NCBI GenBank assembly: GCA_035267125.1
Contig: DATFMD010000380.1
Coordinates: 1 to 52,013 of the forward strand
Direction: 5' to 3'
DNA length: 52,013 nucleotides
Source: Nitriliruptoraceae bacterium
GTDB taxonomy: Bacteria > Actinomycetota > Nitriliruptoria > Nitriliruptorales > Nitriliruptoraceae
Shown here: in pieces, positions 9,008 to 18,873 of the stretch
Numbering within the stretch: the first letter of the stretch is position 1
Layout of the letters: the number at the start of each line of letters is the position of its first letter
Notes under the pieces: model-generated
Database searches by the model: none
Told to the model about the DNA's origin: nothing
Seen by the model: the letters and a program-made list of their open reading frames with translations, nothing else
Position numbers and translations under genes: made by a program

Positions 9008-9153
9008 GTCCAGGTCCTTCCGTCTCGATGGGCCGCCCGGGGTCCCAGCATGCCGCGGCGGCACCGGTGCTGCGTGCCGTCTGCGGGGCGGCCGCCATGC
9101 GAGCCCGGGAATGGGGCGGCCGGGCCGGCCCCGAAGTGTCGCTGGTCGTCGGT

Positions 9154-9993
9154 TCAGGCTTGCACGGGGACTGCAGCGCGGATGGCGTCCCGGGTCCGGG
9201 TGGCCTCGGTGCGAGCGGCAGCCGCGAAGTCCACGCCATTCCCGTCGCTGCCGCCATCGTCGGCATAGAGGATCGCTCGGGACGACGAGACCAACAGTCC
9301 CGTGCCTGCCGTGGTCACGCCGTCGCGTACCGACGCCTCGAGGTCACCACCCTGGGCGCCGATCCCCGGCACGAGGATCGGCAGGTCGCCGACGCGGTCA
9401 CGCACCATTCGCAGTTCCTCGGGTGCCGTCGCGCCCACCACGACGGCGCTGTCCCCGATCGCCTGCCAGCGCGTCGCCACCATGTCGGCCACGCGCAGGT
9501 ACAGCGGTGTGCCGTCCACCTCGAGTGACTGCAGTTCGTGGGCGCCCGGGTTGGACGTGCGGCACAGCGCGATGACGCCGCCGCGTTGCAGGAACGGCGT
9601 CGCCGCATCCGTGCCCAGGTAGGGGTTGATCGTGACGGCGTGGGCGTGGTAGCGATCGAAGGCCTCGATCGCGTAGCGTTCCGCCGTCGACCCGATGTCT
9701 CCGCGCTTGGCATCCAGCACCAGCGTCACGTCCGGGTGTGCAGTCCTGATGTGCGTGCACAGCGCGGCCAGTTCCTCCTCCATGCCAAGGGCGGCGAAGT
9801 GGGCGATCTGCGGCTTGAACGCGCACACCAGGTCAGCGGTCGCATCGACGATGGTGGTGAGGAAGGACGCGACGGCGGCAGCCCCCGACCCCAGATCGCT
9901 CGGGATGCGTGCGGGCAGCGGATCCAGTCCGACGCACAGCATCGAGTCGGTGGCCGCCCAGGAGTGGGCGAGGTGGTCGTGGAACTCGCGCAT
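9154..9993 (-). CDS. pyrF: Orotidine-5'-phosphate decarboxylase
   Basis: LCVGLDP, FKPQIAHF, LDAKRGDIGST, CRTSNPG, VVGAT, LVPGIGAQGG, SSSRAILYA. Start at 9993 (alternative 10080). Confidence 0.95.
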   Translation of the reverse strand: MREFHDHLAHSWAATDSMLCVGLDPLPARIPSDLGSGAAAVASFLTTIVDATADLVCAFKPQIAHFAALGMEEELAALCTHIRTAHPDVTLVLDAKRGDIGSTAERYAIEAFDRYHAHAVTINPYLGTDAATPFLQRGGVIALCRTSNPGAHELQSLEVDGTPLYLRVADMVATRWQAIGDSAVVVGATAPEELRMVRDRVGDLPILVPGIGAQGGDLEASVRDGVTTAGTGLLVSSSRAILYADDGGSDGNGVDFAAAARTEATRTRDAIRAAVPVQA

Positions 9994-10248
9994 GTCGTTG
10001 CCGAACGTCTTGGTGGGCCGGACAGTGGTGTCGATGGCCGAGTTGGTGGTGTCTGGTTGGTGTCGGCGGTCCTGCCTCATCGGGGCGTGACCTGTGCCCG
10101 CCGTGACGCTACTGGTCGCCACCGAGGATGCCGAAGATGCACGGCCGCTGCGGACGCACGAGATGCACGATGACGGAGGAATGCGCGCCTAGGCTGCCAG
10201 CCGTCTCGCACAGCCAGCCGGGTTGCGTTCATTTCGAAGGACTTCCCC

Positions 10249-10659
10249 ATGACAGCCGTTGGACAACCGCCAGCATCCCTCAGCACCGTCGTGGTCCTCA
10301 CCTGGATCGCGGCCGCCCTCGACCTGATCGCCGGAGTCGTCCTGGTGTTCTCCGCCAACAGCGAAGCGATGCAGGCCGCCGCGGGGGAGTCGGCCAGCAC
10401 CGTCACGATCGTGGGGTGGACGTACGTCGTCATTGGCTTGGTCGTCGCCCTCGTCGCGGTGAAGTTGCGTGACGGGAGTTCGTTCGCGCGGGCGCTCGTG
10501 ACCGCCCTGATGCTCCTGCGTGTGGCATCCGGCCTGTGGCTGCTGTTCGTCGCCGGCACCCACGGCATGACCGAGGCGCTGGTCACGCTCGTGATCTCGG
10601 GCACGGTGCTGTTCCTGTTGTGGACCGGGCCGACCAGCGACTACTTCGCTCGCAACTAG
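10249..10659 (+). CDS. Small integral membrane protein (~4 TM)
   Basis: AAGGA RBS. Four hydrophobic segments, ARALVT and a C-terminal YF motif typical of actinobacterial small membrane proteins. Confidence 0.8.
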   Translation: MTAVGQPPASLSTVVVLTWIAAALDLIAGVVLVFSANSEAMQAAAGESASTVTIVGWTYVVIGLVVALVAVKLRDGSSFARALVTALMLLRVASGLWLLFVAGTHGMTEALVTLVISGTVLFLLWTGPTSDYFARN

Positions 10660-10703
10660 TTCGGGCCCCGATCGACGCCTGACTCGGTCACACCTGACCG
10701 CGG

Positions 10704-11759
10704 TCAGGTGACCCTGCCGCGCAGGTGCGGGGTCCCGTCTGGTCCCCGCAGCCCGAACTCCCAGCCACCGGGTGTGCGTCGGGTCGCGTACTCGACGGTC
10801 GAGGGCAGCAGGACCGGACGTTGGAAGACCACGTCGATGGTGGCGGGTCGCGCCAGCGTCCCCAGGCCCGCAAGGGCGGCCGCCTTGGTCCACATGCCGT
10901 GGGCGATGGCGCGGGGGAATCCGAACGGTTTCGCGGTCACGGCGCTCAGGTGGATGGGGTTGCGATCTCCCGAGACAGCCCCGTAGCGCCGGCCGATGTC
11001 GGCCGGCACCGACCAGCGTGCCGTGGTCGGAAGGCGATCGAGGTCGACGGCATCCGCACCGGTGGGGGAGGCGGTGCCGGTCGTCGTGGTCGAGGCGCCG
11101 GTCGATGGTGTGGGTCCGCGTCGCAGGTACGTGCTCGTGGACGCCCACACGATGCGGTCATCGCGGCGGACCTGCAGGGCGGCGTCGAACATCGACCCCT
11201 TCGGGTGGCTGCGTTCGTTGACCACGTTCGCGGTCAGGTCGACGCGGGCACCGATCGGGATCGGGTCGCGTGCCACGACCTGGTTGCGCGTGTGGACCAG
11301 GCCGAGCAGGTCGTGGGGAAAGTCGTCCCTCGTCATCAACCACACCGACAGTGGGAACCCCAGCACGTGCGGGAACGTCACTGGCACGTCCGAGGACAAC
11401 CGGAAGCCGCACACGTCGGCATAGTCGGCGACGGCATCCAGCTCGATGGCGACATCGTGCACGACCACCTGTCTGCTCGGCAGGCCAGACCGTCCAGAGG
11501 CGGCCCCGGCATCCCGATCGTCGTGCCGGTCGCCGGCACCTCGACTGCCGTCCTGGTCGCCGGAAGCCCCGGAGTCCCCGGCAGGCGCGGTGCCAGCGGG
11601 GTCATCGTCGGACTCGGAGGTGTCGCCCGTGCCCGTGGCGGCATCGGAGCGGCTCCGCCACGGCAGCGCGTCCAGCGATGGCAGCACGGCCGTCCCGGCG
11701 CGCGCCAGCAGCGGTCCGAGATCGGGCAGTTCGCCCAGTTCGACCACGTCCATCCTCAT
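10704..11759 (-). CDS. MaoC-family (double hotdog) acyl dehydratase, HtdX-like
   Basis: YADVCGF, LGLVHTRN, RRYGAVSGDRNPIHL, GFPRAIAHGMW, FQRPVLLP. ATGA overlap with the upstream reductase. Confidence 0.88.
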   Translation of the reverse strand: MRMDVVELGELPDLGPLLARAGTAVLPSLDALPWRSRSDAATGTGDTSESDDDPAGTAPAGDSGASGDQDGSRGAGDRHDDRDAGAASGRSGLPSRQVVVHDVAIELDAVADYADVCGFRLSSDVPVTFPHVLGFPLSVWLMTRDDFPHDLLGLVHTRNQVVARDPIPIGARVDLTANVVNERSHPKGSMFDAALQVRRDDRIVWASTSTYLRRGPTPSTGASTTTTGTASPTGADAVDLDRLPTTARWSVPADIGRRYGAVSGDRNPIHLSAVTAKPFGFPRAIAHGMWTKAAALAGLGTLARPATIDVVFQRPVLLPSTVEYATRRTPGGWEFGLRGPDGTPHLRGRVT

Positions 11760-13096
11760 GCCCCCAACAGGTTCTGGCCGCACACGCGCAACGTCGTGCC
11801 GTTGATGCCGTCGGCATCCGACCAGCCCAGGAAGCCGATGGTCTCGGCGACGTCGATCGGCAGTCCGCCCTGCGACAGGCTGTTGAGCATGCGGCCGACC
11901 TGGCGCGTGGCAACCGGCATCTGGGCGGTCATCTCGGTCTCGATGAAGCCGGGTGCCACCGCGTTGATCGTGCCGTCGTGGGCGGCCATGTCGTCGGCGA
12001 GCGCGGCGACGTGGCCGATGACGCCGGCCTTCGACGTCGCGTAGTTGGTCTGGCCGCGATTGCCCGCGATGCCACTCATGGACGACACGCACACGATCCG
12101 CGGTGCGGCACCCAGCACGTCGCCGTCCAGCAGCACCGCGTTGATGGACTCGATGGCGGTGAGGTTGATCGCGAGCACCATGTCCCAGCGCTGCTGGTCC
12201 ATGCCTGCCATCGTCTTGTCGCGGGTGACGCCGGCGTTGTGCACGACCAGGTCGGCATGGCCATGGCGTGTCGCGACGTGGTCGACGATCGTGGCGCCGG
12301 CATCCTCGTCGGTGATGTCCAACTGCAGCGCGCTGCCCCCGATGTCGTTGGCGACCCGCGCAAGGTCGTCGCCAGCGGAGGGCAGATCAACGCACACCAC
12401 GGTGGCGCCGTCGCGGGCCAGGGTCCGCGCGATCGCCTCACCGATGCCGCGGGCCGCGCCGGTGACGACTGCCACGGTGTCGGCATGGGGTCGGACCAGG
12501 TCCGGGGTGGCCCCGGTGGACGGCGCGGACACGGTCAGTCGTTGGCCCGCCACGAATGCCGAACGGCCCGACATCAGGAACCGCAGGGGTGCCGCAAGTC
12601 CGGACGCCGCACCGGGCGCCACCTCCACCAGGTTCACGGTGCCGCCGGCGCGCATCTCCTTGCCCAGTGAGCGCGTGAAGCCCTCGAGGCTGCGCTGCGC
12701 AGTCTCGGCAGCGGCGTTCTCGGACGTGGCCGGCGGACGACCCAGCACCACGATCCGACCGGAGGCACCCAGTCGTCGGACCAGCGTGTGGAAGAAGTCG
12801 TGCAGCGCCACCAGGTCGCCCGAGGTCGCGAGGTCGGACGCATCGAAGACCAGGCCGGCGTAGCGGGGGGTGTCCTCGGGATCGGCAGGCTCGTGGTGGA
12901 CGTCGAGGCCGACACCGCCGAGCACATCGCGTGCGACCGACGCCAACTCGCCGGTTCCCCCGACCAGGACGGGGCCGTCGAGCGGCGCCTGGCCCGGCTC
13001 GTGACGGCGCAGGACGGCCGGCTTGGGCAGGCCGACCAGGTCGATGACGCGTTCGCCGAGGTCGTGGGTGGCGATCCGGGTGTACAGGTCGCTCAT
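11756..13096 (-). CDS. fabG: 3-oxoacyl-ACP reductase, high-molecular-weight FabG4-like
   Basis: N-terminal extra domain plus SDR core: TGAARGIG, HNAGVTRDK, SSMSG, NYATSK, VAPGFIET. Confidence 0.9.
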   Translation of the reverse strand: MSDLYTRIATHDLGERVIDLVGLPKPAVLRRHEPGQAPLDGPVLVGGTGELASVARDVLGGVGLDVHHEPADPEDTPRYAGLVFDASDLATSGDLVALHDFFHTLVRRLGASGRIVVLGRPPATSENAAAETAQRSLEGFTRSLGKEMRAGGTVNLVEVAPGAASGLAAPLRFLMSGRSAFVAGQRLTVSAPSTGATPDLVRPHADTVAVVTGAARGIGEAIARTLARDGATVVCVDLPSAGDDLARVANDIGGSALQLDITDEDAGATIVDHVATRHGHADLVVHNAGVTRDKTMAGMDQQRWDMVLAINLTAIESINAVLLDGDVLGAAPRIVCVSSMSGIAGNRGQTNYATSKAGVIGHVAALADDMAAHDGTINAVAPGFIETEMTAQMPVATRQVGRMLNSLSQGGLPIDVAETIGFLGWSDADGINGTTLRVCGQNLLGA

Positions 13097-13170
13097 GGTC
13101 GAGGTCTCCGGTTCGATGTCGGTGTCGATGTCGGTGGCGCGGGGCTCGGGCGCGGGCGCGGGTCGTTGGG

Positions 13171-14460
13171 CTACTTCTCGATGATGGCCACCAGGCCGTT
13201 GCCGCCCGCAGCGCAGACGCTGACCAGGGCGCGACCTCCGTGTTCCCAGTCGTCGCGCTCGGCCAGCAGCGCGGCAGCCGTCGCCACGATGCGCGCACCG
13301 GTGGCGGCGAAGGGATGTCCGGCGGCCAACGACGAGCCGGCCACGTTCAGCCGCTCGCGGTCGATCGCGCCCAGTGGTGCGTCCAGCCCCAGCCGCTCAC
13401 GGCTGAACTCCTCGTCCTCCCATGCCGCCAGCGTGGACAACACGGTGGCGGCGAAGGCCTCGTGGATCTCGTAGAGGTCGAAGTCCTGCAACGTGAGACC
13501 GTGGCGTGCCAGCAGGCGCGGCACGGCGTACACGGGCGCCATCAGCAGGCCCTCGTGGCCGTGCACGTAGTCCACGGCACTGGACTCGGCATCGACGAAC
13601 CTGGCCAGCACCGAAAGGCCGTGGTCGGCCGCCCATTCGGGAGTGGCGAGCAGGACGGCCGCGGCACCGTCGGTCAGCGGCGTGGAGTTGCCGGCCGTCA
13701 TCGTGCCGGTGTCGCGGTCACCGAAGACGGGCTTGAGGCCAGCCAACTTCTCCATCGAGGAGTCGGGGCGCAGGTTGTTGTCCCGCGCCAGGCCCAGGTA
13801 CGGGGTCACGAGGTCGTCGAAGAAGCCGCGTTCCCATGCCGCCGCCATGTGCTGGTGGCTGGCCAGCGCCAGTTCGTCCTGGGCGTCGCGCGGGATGTTC
13901 CACTCCGCAGTGGTGATGGCCTGGTGTTCGCCCATCGACAGCCCGGTGCTGGCCTCTTCGTTGCGGGGGACCTCGGGTGCCAACTGGCTGGGCCGCAGTT
14001 GGCCGAGCAACTTCACGTAGTCGCCGGGGCCCGCTGCTGCCTGGGCCTGCAGCAGGACCTTGCGCAGGTCGTCGTTGACCGCCACGGGGGCGTCGGAGGT
14101 CGTGTCGACTCCGCAGCCGATGCCCGCATCGATCTGGCCCACTCGGATCTTGTTGGCCACCGCGACGGTTGCCTCCAGCGAGGTGTCGCACGCCTTCTGG
14201 ATGTCGAACGCCGGCGTGTCGTCGGCCAGCGCACTGGCCAGGACTGCCTCACGGACGAGGTTGAAGTCACGTGCGTGCTTGAGCACGGCACCTCCGGCAA
14301 CTTCGCCCAGCGTCTCGCCGGCCAGCCCGGTGCGTGCGACCAGGCCGTCCAGCGCCGCGGTCAGCATGTCGAGGTTCGATGCCCGGGCGTAGGCGGTACC
14401 GGAGCGAGCGAAGGGAATGCGGTTGCCGGCCACGATGGCGGCTTCGCGAAGGTCGGTCAC
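13171..14460 (-). CDS. Acetyl-CoA C-acyltransferase (thiolase), FadA2-like
   Basis: GTG start after AGGA. GNRIPFARS, QKACDT (catalytic Cys), NSTPLTDGA, EIHEAFA, GHPFAATG, CAAGG. Confidence 0.92.
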   Translation of the reverse strand: MTDLREAAIVAGNRIPFARSGTAYARASNLDMLTAALDGLVARTGLAGETLGEVAGGAVLKHARDFNLVREAVLASALADDTPAFDIQKACDTSLEATVAVANKIRVGQIDAGIGCGVDTTSDAPVAVNDDLRKVLLQAQAAAGPGDYVKLLGQLRPSQLAPEVPRNEEASTGLSMGEHQAITTAEWNIPRDAQDELALASHQHMAAAWERGFFDDLVTPYLGLARDNNLRPDSSMEKLAGLKPVFGDRDTGTMTAGNSTPLTDGAAAVLLATPEWAADHGLSVLARFVDAESSAVDYVHGHEGLLMAPVYAVPRLLARHGLTLQDFDLYEIHEAFAATVLSTLAAWEDEEFSRERLGLDAPLGAIDRERLNVAGSSLAAGHPFAATGARIVATAAALLAERDDWEHGGRALVSVCAAGGNGLVAIIEK

Positions 14461-14801
14461 GAGCGTTCCTGGGTCGATCTGGACAAGGGGACTGGCCGTG
14501 GCGGACCGTGGCGTCCGATCGCGTCCGGCACCCGGCCGGTCCGCGTGGTGGCAGACCGTGCCGTACCGCCAACTGTACGACCTCGCGCGCATCGCTCGAC
14601 GCGCTGGCGGGCGGGCGCGGCACCGGGGGAGCGGCCGACACGGGCTGGTCGCCGGTCCCGCGTGCCCGGACATGCGCGCTCGACGCGCGGCATCCTCCGA
14701 CTCCGGTAGTTGACTCGGCTAGCGTGCGGTGCACCGATGGCGGGGACACCTGTCCCGGGATGCCGTGAGGCATCCGACGCGCCACCACCCAGGAGGATGA
14801 T

Positions 14802-16571
14802 GTGAAGACCCAGAAGCGACTTGCAGCAGGGCTGCTCGCGCTCGGACTGGTCCTGGCCGGCTGTGCCGGCGACGACGACGGTGACGAGGGTGCCAGCGAG
14901 ACTGCGACCGAGATGTCCAGCGAGACCGAGATGGCCTCCGAGACCGAGATGGGCTCCGAGACCGAGATGGCCTCCGAGACCGAGATGGGCTCCGAGACCG
15001 AGGCGGCGGGCGAGGCGGACAATTCCTTCGTCGGTGTCGACAGCTGTGACGACTACGACGGCAAGATCCAGAGCATCGAGGCGACCGCGCCCAACGAGGT
15101 CGTGTTCTCGCTCTGTTCGCCCGACCCCGCATTCCTCCAGAAGGCGGCCTTCGTGCCGTTCGCGATCCAGTCGGCCGAGCACATCGCCGCCACCGATGGC
15201 TCCCCGTTGGACGACCCCATCGGAACCGGGCCGTTCGCGATGGACAGCTGGAACCGCGGGTCCGAGCTGACGCTCGTGCGCAACGACGACTACTGGGGCG
15301 AGGCCCCTGACTTCTCGACCCTGGTGTTCCGCTGGGGCACCGAGTCGGCGCAGCGCATCACCGAGGTCCAGTCGGGCAACGCCGACTACGCCACGACCCT
15401 GTCTGCCCCCGACTACGAGATCGTCGAGGGTGACGACAACCTCCAACTGCTCGAAGACCCGAACCCCAACGTGTTCTACATGGGCTTCACCAACACCTTC
15501 GAGCCGTTCGACAACGAAGACGTTCGCAAGGCCATCGCCATGGGCATCGACCGCCAGCGCGTGGTCGACACCTACTACCCGACGGGGTCGGTCGTTCCCG
15601 ACTTCTTCACGCCATGCACGATCGAGAACGCCTGCGTGGGAGACGCCTGGTACGACTTCGACGCCACGGCCGCCCAGCAGATGCTGGCCGACGCCGGGTA
15701 CCCGGACGGGTTCGAGACCACCATCTACCTGCGTGACGTGTTCCGCGTCTACCTGCCGGAACCACAGGCAGTCGCACAGGAGCTCCAGACCCAGCTGTCG
15801 GAGAACCTCGGCATCACCGCCGACATCCAGGTGATGGAGTCGGGCGCGTTCATCGACGAGGTCTCCGCCGGTGAACTCGACGGCATCCACCTGTTGGGTT
15901 GGGGCGCGGACTACCCCCACGTCACCAACTTCCTCGACTACCACTTCAACGGCAACGTCCAGTTCGGTGACCCGTACCCCGACATCGTGGACGTGCTGCT
16001 GGAGGGTGCCGCCGAGGTCGACCCGGTCGCCGCCGAGCCGATCTACGAAGAGGCCAACAACCTGATTCGCGAGCACGTCCCGATGGTCCCGATCGCGTCC
16101 GGCGCTGCCGCCGACGTGGCCGTCGTGTCGCTCGAGAACGCGCAGTCGCCGCCGTTCGGTGCGCCGCAGTTCAGGACCATGGTGCCCGAGAGCGACACGT
16201 TGGTGTTCGTCCAGAACGCCGAGCCGATCTCGCTCTACTGCACGGACGAGTCCGACGGCGAGTCGCTGTCCGCGTGTGAGCAGGTCTTCGAGGGCCTGTA
16301 CCGCTACACCCTCGACGGTGGCGTGGAGCCCGCGCTGGCCGAGGAGTGCGTCGCCGACGACGCCGGTGTCGTGTGGACCTGCACCCTGAAGGAGGGTGTG
16401 ACCTTCCACGACGGGTCGGAGTTCGACTCCGAGGACGTCGTCGCGACCTGGGCAGCCGGGATCGACGCGTCGAACCCGTACCACACCGGAAACACCGGTG
16501 GGTTCGAGTACTACACCTACCTGTGGGGCGAGCTCATGAACGCCCCCGAGGAAGAGGCCACCGAGGGCTGA
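14802..16571 (+). CDS. Family 5 (Dpp/Opp-type) ABC substrate-binding lipoprotein, apparently circularly permuted
   Basis: AGGAGG RBS and lipobox LAGC. PIGTGPF, RNDDYWG, VRKAIAMGIDR. The canonical N-terminal block (TLVF..AEP.SL..EGLY..PALAE..WTCTLKEGVTFHDG) lies at the C-terminus. Confidence 0.92.
   Translation: MKTQKRLAAGLLALGLVLAGCAGDDDGDEGASETATEMSSETEMASETEMGSETEMASETEMGSETEAAGEADNSFVGVDSCDDYDGKIQSIEATAPNEVVFSLCSPDPAFLQKAAFVPFAIQSAEHIAATDGSPLDDPIGTGPFAMDSWNRGSELTLVRNDDYWGEAPDFSTLVFRWGTESAQRITEVQSGNADYATTLSAPDYEIVEGDDNLQLLEDPNPNVFYMGFTNTFEPFDNEDVRKAIAMGIDRQRVVDTYYPTGSVVPDFFTPCTIENACVGDAWYDFDATAAQQMLADAGYPDGFETTIYLRDVFRVYLPEPQAVAQELQTQLSENLGITADIQVMESGAFIDEVSAGELDGIHLLGWGADYPHVTNFLDYHFNGNVQFGDPYPDIVDVLLEGAAEVDPVAAEPIYEEANNLIREHVPMVPIASGAAADVAVVSLENAQSPPFGAPQFRTMVPESDTLVFVQNAEPISLYCTDESDGESLSACEQVFEGLYRYTLDGGVEPALAEECVADDAGVVWTCTLKEGVTFHDGSEFDSEDVVATWAAGIDASNPYHTGNTGGFEYYTYLWGELMNAPEEEATEG
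14919..15008 (+). repeat. 18-bp tandem repeat (~5 copies) encoding SETEM(A/G)
   Basis: TCCGAGACCGAGATGG(C/G)C units at 14919, 14937, 14955, 14973 and 14991. Confidence 0.9.
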
Positions 16572-16588
16572 CCCTCCAGGTGCACCAA

Positions 16589-16619
16589 GGCGGGCCGGTC
16601 CATCATGGACCGGCCCGCC
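16589..16619 (+). terminator. Intra-operon hairpin downstream of the binding-protein gene
   Basis: GGCGGGCCGGTCCAT-C-ATGGACCGGCCCGCC has perfect 15-bp arms and is followed by GGCTTGTT. This is the usual position for an SBP mRNA-stabilising or attenuating stem-loop. Confidence 0.75.
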
Positions 16620-16777
16620 GGCTTGTTCCCCCACGGTGACCACGGGACGGTCGTGCACTAGGGTGGGCCGCGCCCGCCCGAGCTCTTCGCGGGTTCGACG
16701 CAGGCACCCGATGCGGGTCCGGTACCGGGCCCGGGCGGCACCGCTGGACTGTTGACACGACTGGACGAGGAGAGCAC

Positions 16778-17857
16778 GTGGGCGCGTACGTGGCCAAGCG
16801 CGTGCTCACCGCCATCCCCGTGCTCTTCGGCGTGCTGGTCGCCGTGTTCCTGCTGCCACGAGTCGTGTTCGGCGATCCGTGTCGCGCTGTGCTCGGGCCG
16901 CGCGCCACGGAGGCGTCGTGCGAACAGTTCCGCGAGGCGAACGGTCTCAACGACACCATCTGGGAGCAGTTCGTCACCTACATGGGTGGCGTGGTCCAAC
17001 TGGACTTCGGGGAGTCCATCAAGTTCTCGCGCCCGGTGACCGAGGTCCTGCTGGAGCGGCTGCCGCTGACGATCGAACTTGCGGTGCTGGCGCTGACGCT
17101 GGCCATCCTGGTCGGTGTCCCCCTGGGCATGGCCGCGGCGCGTTGGCACAACTCTCCCGTCGACGTCGCGACCATGGGATTCGCCAACGTCGGCGTCTCG
17201 ATGCCGATCTTCTGGCTTGGCCTGATGCTGTCCTACCTGTTCTCCGTGGTGCTCGCCGACACCATGTTCGCGTTGCCGCCATCGGGCAGTTTCTCTCCGG
17301 GCGCCACGCCCGAACCGTTCTACGAGGTCTGGGGGTGGGACGTCACCAACGCCACGTTCGGTGATGGGTTCCTTGAATTCGTGGCTGGGTTCGGCCTGTT
17401 CAACGCGCTCATCTCCTTCCAGTGGGCGGGGCTGTGGGACGGCATCCAGCACCTGATCCTGCCGACGATCGCCCTGGCGACGATCCCGATGGCCGTCATC
17501 GCGCGCATGACCCGTTCCTCGCTTCTGGACGTGCTGTCGCAGGACTACGTGCGGACGGCGCGGGCCAAGGGCGCGCGCGAGCCTCGCGTGGTTCGGCGCC
17601 ATGCCATGCGCAACGCGATGCTGCCGGTGGTCACGATCATCGGCCTGCAACTGGGGGCGCTGCTGGGTGGCGCAGTGCTGACCGAGACGATCTTCGGGCT
17701 GGCAGGCATCGGGTCGGCCCTGTTCGACGCCATCGACACGCGCGACTTCCCGATCGTGCAGGGCTTCACGGTCGTGATCGCCTCGACGTACGTGATCGTG
17801 AACCTGCTGGTGGACATCTCCTACGGGTACCTCGACCCGCGTGTGAGGTTGAAGTGA
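16778..17857 (+). CDS. Peptide/nickel ABC transporter permease (DppB/OppB-like)
   Basis: LERLPLTIEL, SMPIFWLGL, HLILP, ARMTRSS...DYVRTARAKG, HAMRNAMLP, YGYLDPR. Confidence 0.95.
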   Translation: MGAYVAKRVLTAIPVLFGVLVAVFLLPRVVFGDPCRAVLGPRATEASCEQFREANGLNDTIWEQFVTYMGGVVQLDFGESIKFSRPVTEVLLERLPLTIELAVLALTLAILVGVPLGMAAARWHNSPVDVATMGFANVGVSMPIFWLGLMLSYLFSVVLADTMFALPPSGSFSPGATPEPFYEVWGWDVTNATFGDGFLEFVAGFGLFNALISFQWAGLWDGIQHLILPTIALATIPMAVIARMTRSSLLDVLSQDYVRTARAKGAREPRVVRRHAMRNAMLPVVTIIGLQLGALLGGAVLTETIFGLAGIGSALFDAIDTRDFPIVQGFTVVIASTYVIVNLLVDISYGYLDPRVRLK

Positions 17858-18867
17858 GCGAACCCATCTACGGACCGGGCGACGTCGGCGCGTCCGAGAC
17901 GCTTGCCGGTGAGGCGAGCCGCGAGGCGCGGCGTGAACAGGAGGACGCCCGCCGCAATGCCGGGTTCGACGGCGTCGACCTGGTCGACACGCCGGACGAG
18001 TTGTTGGCCGAGCCCGCCTCGACGTGGCGGTTGGCCGCGCGCCGGTTCCGCCGTCGCAAGTTGGGCATGCTGGGACTGTTCATCGTCGTGACGCTCACGC
18101 TGCTGGCGATCTTCGCCCCAGTCATCGCACCCTACGACCCGCTCGAGCAACTGGACCGCACCGAGGACGTGCAGCGGCGGGATCCGCCCTCGCGCGAGCA
18201 CATCATGGGGCTCGACTCCAACGCGCGCGATCTGTTCTCGCGCATCGTGTACGGGGCGCGACTCAGCCTGCCGCTGGGCGTGTCCATCGTCCTGGTCGCG
18301 ATCATCATCGGGGCCAGCATCGGCGCCATCGCGGGGTACGCGGGGGGGTGGTTGGACAACGCCCTCATGAGAGTCATGGACGTCATCCTTGGGTTCCCGG
18401 CGCTGCTGTTGGCCATCGCCATCGCCTACGTGTTGGGCAACGCCATCCAGTACGTCCTGATCGCCGTCGCGGTGGTGACACTGCCGCAGTACGCGCGGGT
18501 GATGCGTGCCAGCGTGCTGTCGATCAAGGAGGTCGACTACGTGGCGGCTTCGGAGGCGCTGGGGGCGTCACGACGACGGATGTTGACGACCAGGATCCTG
18601 CCCAACGCCCTCACGCCGCTGGTCGTGCTGGGGACCCTGGGGATCGCCGGTGCGATCCTCGAGGCGGCCGCGCTGGGCTTCCTGGGCCTGGGTGCCCAGC
18701 CACCGACCCCGGAATGGGGCCAGATGCTGGCCCAGGAGTACACACTGCTGCGGACGTCGCCGCACCTGGTCATCTTCCCCGGTCTCGCGATCATGATCAC
18801 CGTGCTGGGGTTCAACCTGCTCGGCGACGGGCTGCGCGATGCCCTCGACCCCAGCCTCAACGACTGA
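17854..18867 (+). CDS. Peptide/nickel ABC transporter permease (DppC/OppC-like)
   Basis: GTGA overlap with the previous gene. HIMGLDSNARDLFSRIVYGARLSL, ILPNAL, LGFLGLGAQPPTPEWG, FNLLGDGLRDALDP. Confidence 0.95.
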   Translation: MSEPIYGPGDVGASETLAGEASREARREQEDARRNAGFDGVDLVDTPDELLAEPASTWRLAARRFRRRKLGMLGLFIVVTLTLLAIFAPVIAPYDPLEQLDRTEDVQRRDPPSREHIMGLDSNARDLFSRIVYGARLSLPLGVSIVLVAIIIGASIGAIAGYAGGWLDNALMRVMDVILGFPALLLAIAIAYVLGNAIQYVLIAVAVVTLPQYARVMRASVLSIKEVDYVAASEALGASRRRMLTTRILPNALTPLVVLGTLGIAGAILEAAALGFLGLGAQPPTPEWGQMLAQEYTLLRTSPHLVIFPGLAIMITVLGFNLLGDGLRDALDPSLND

Positions 18868-18873
18868 GACGCC

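Noticed and set aside
13113-13136. TCGATGTCGGTG x2 intergenic tandem repeat
   Set aside because: Only two short copies in low-complexity spacer DNA, with no supporting context.
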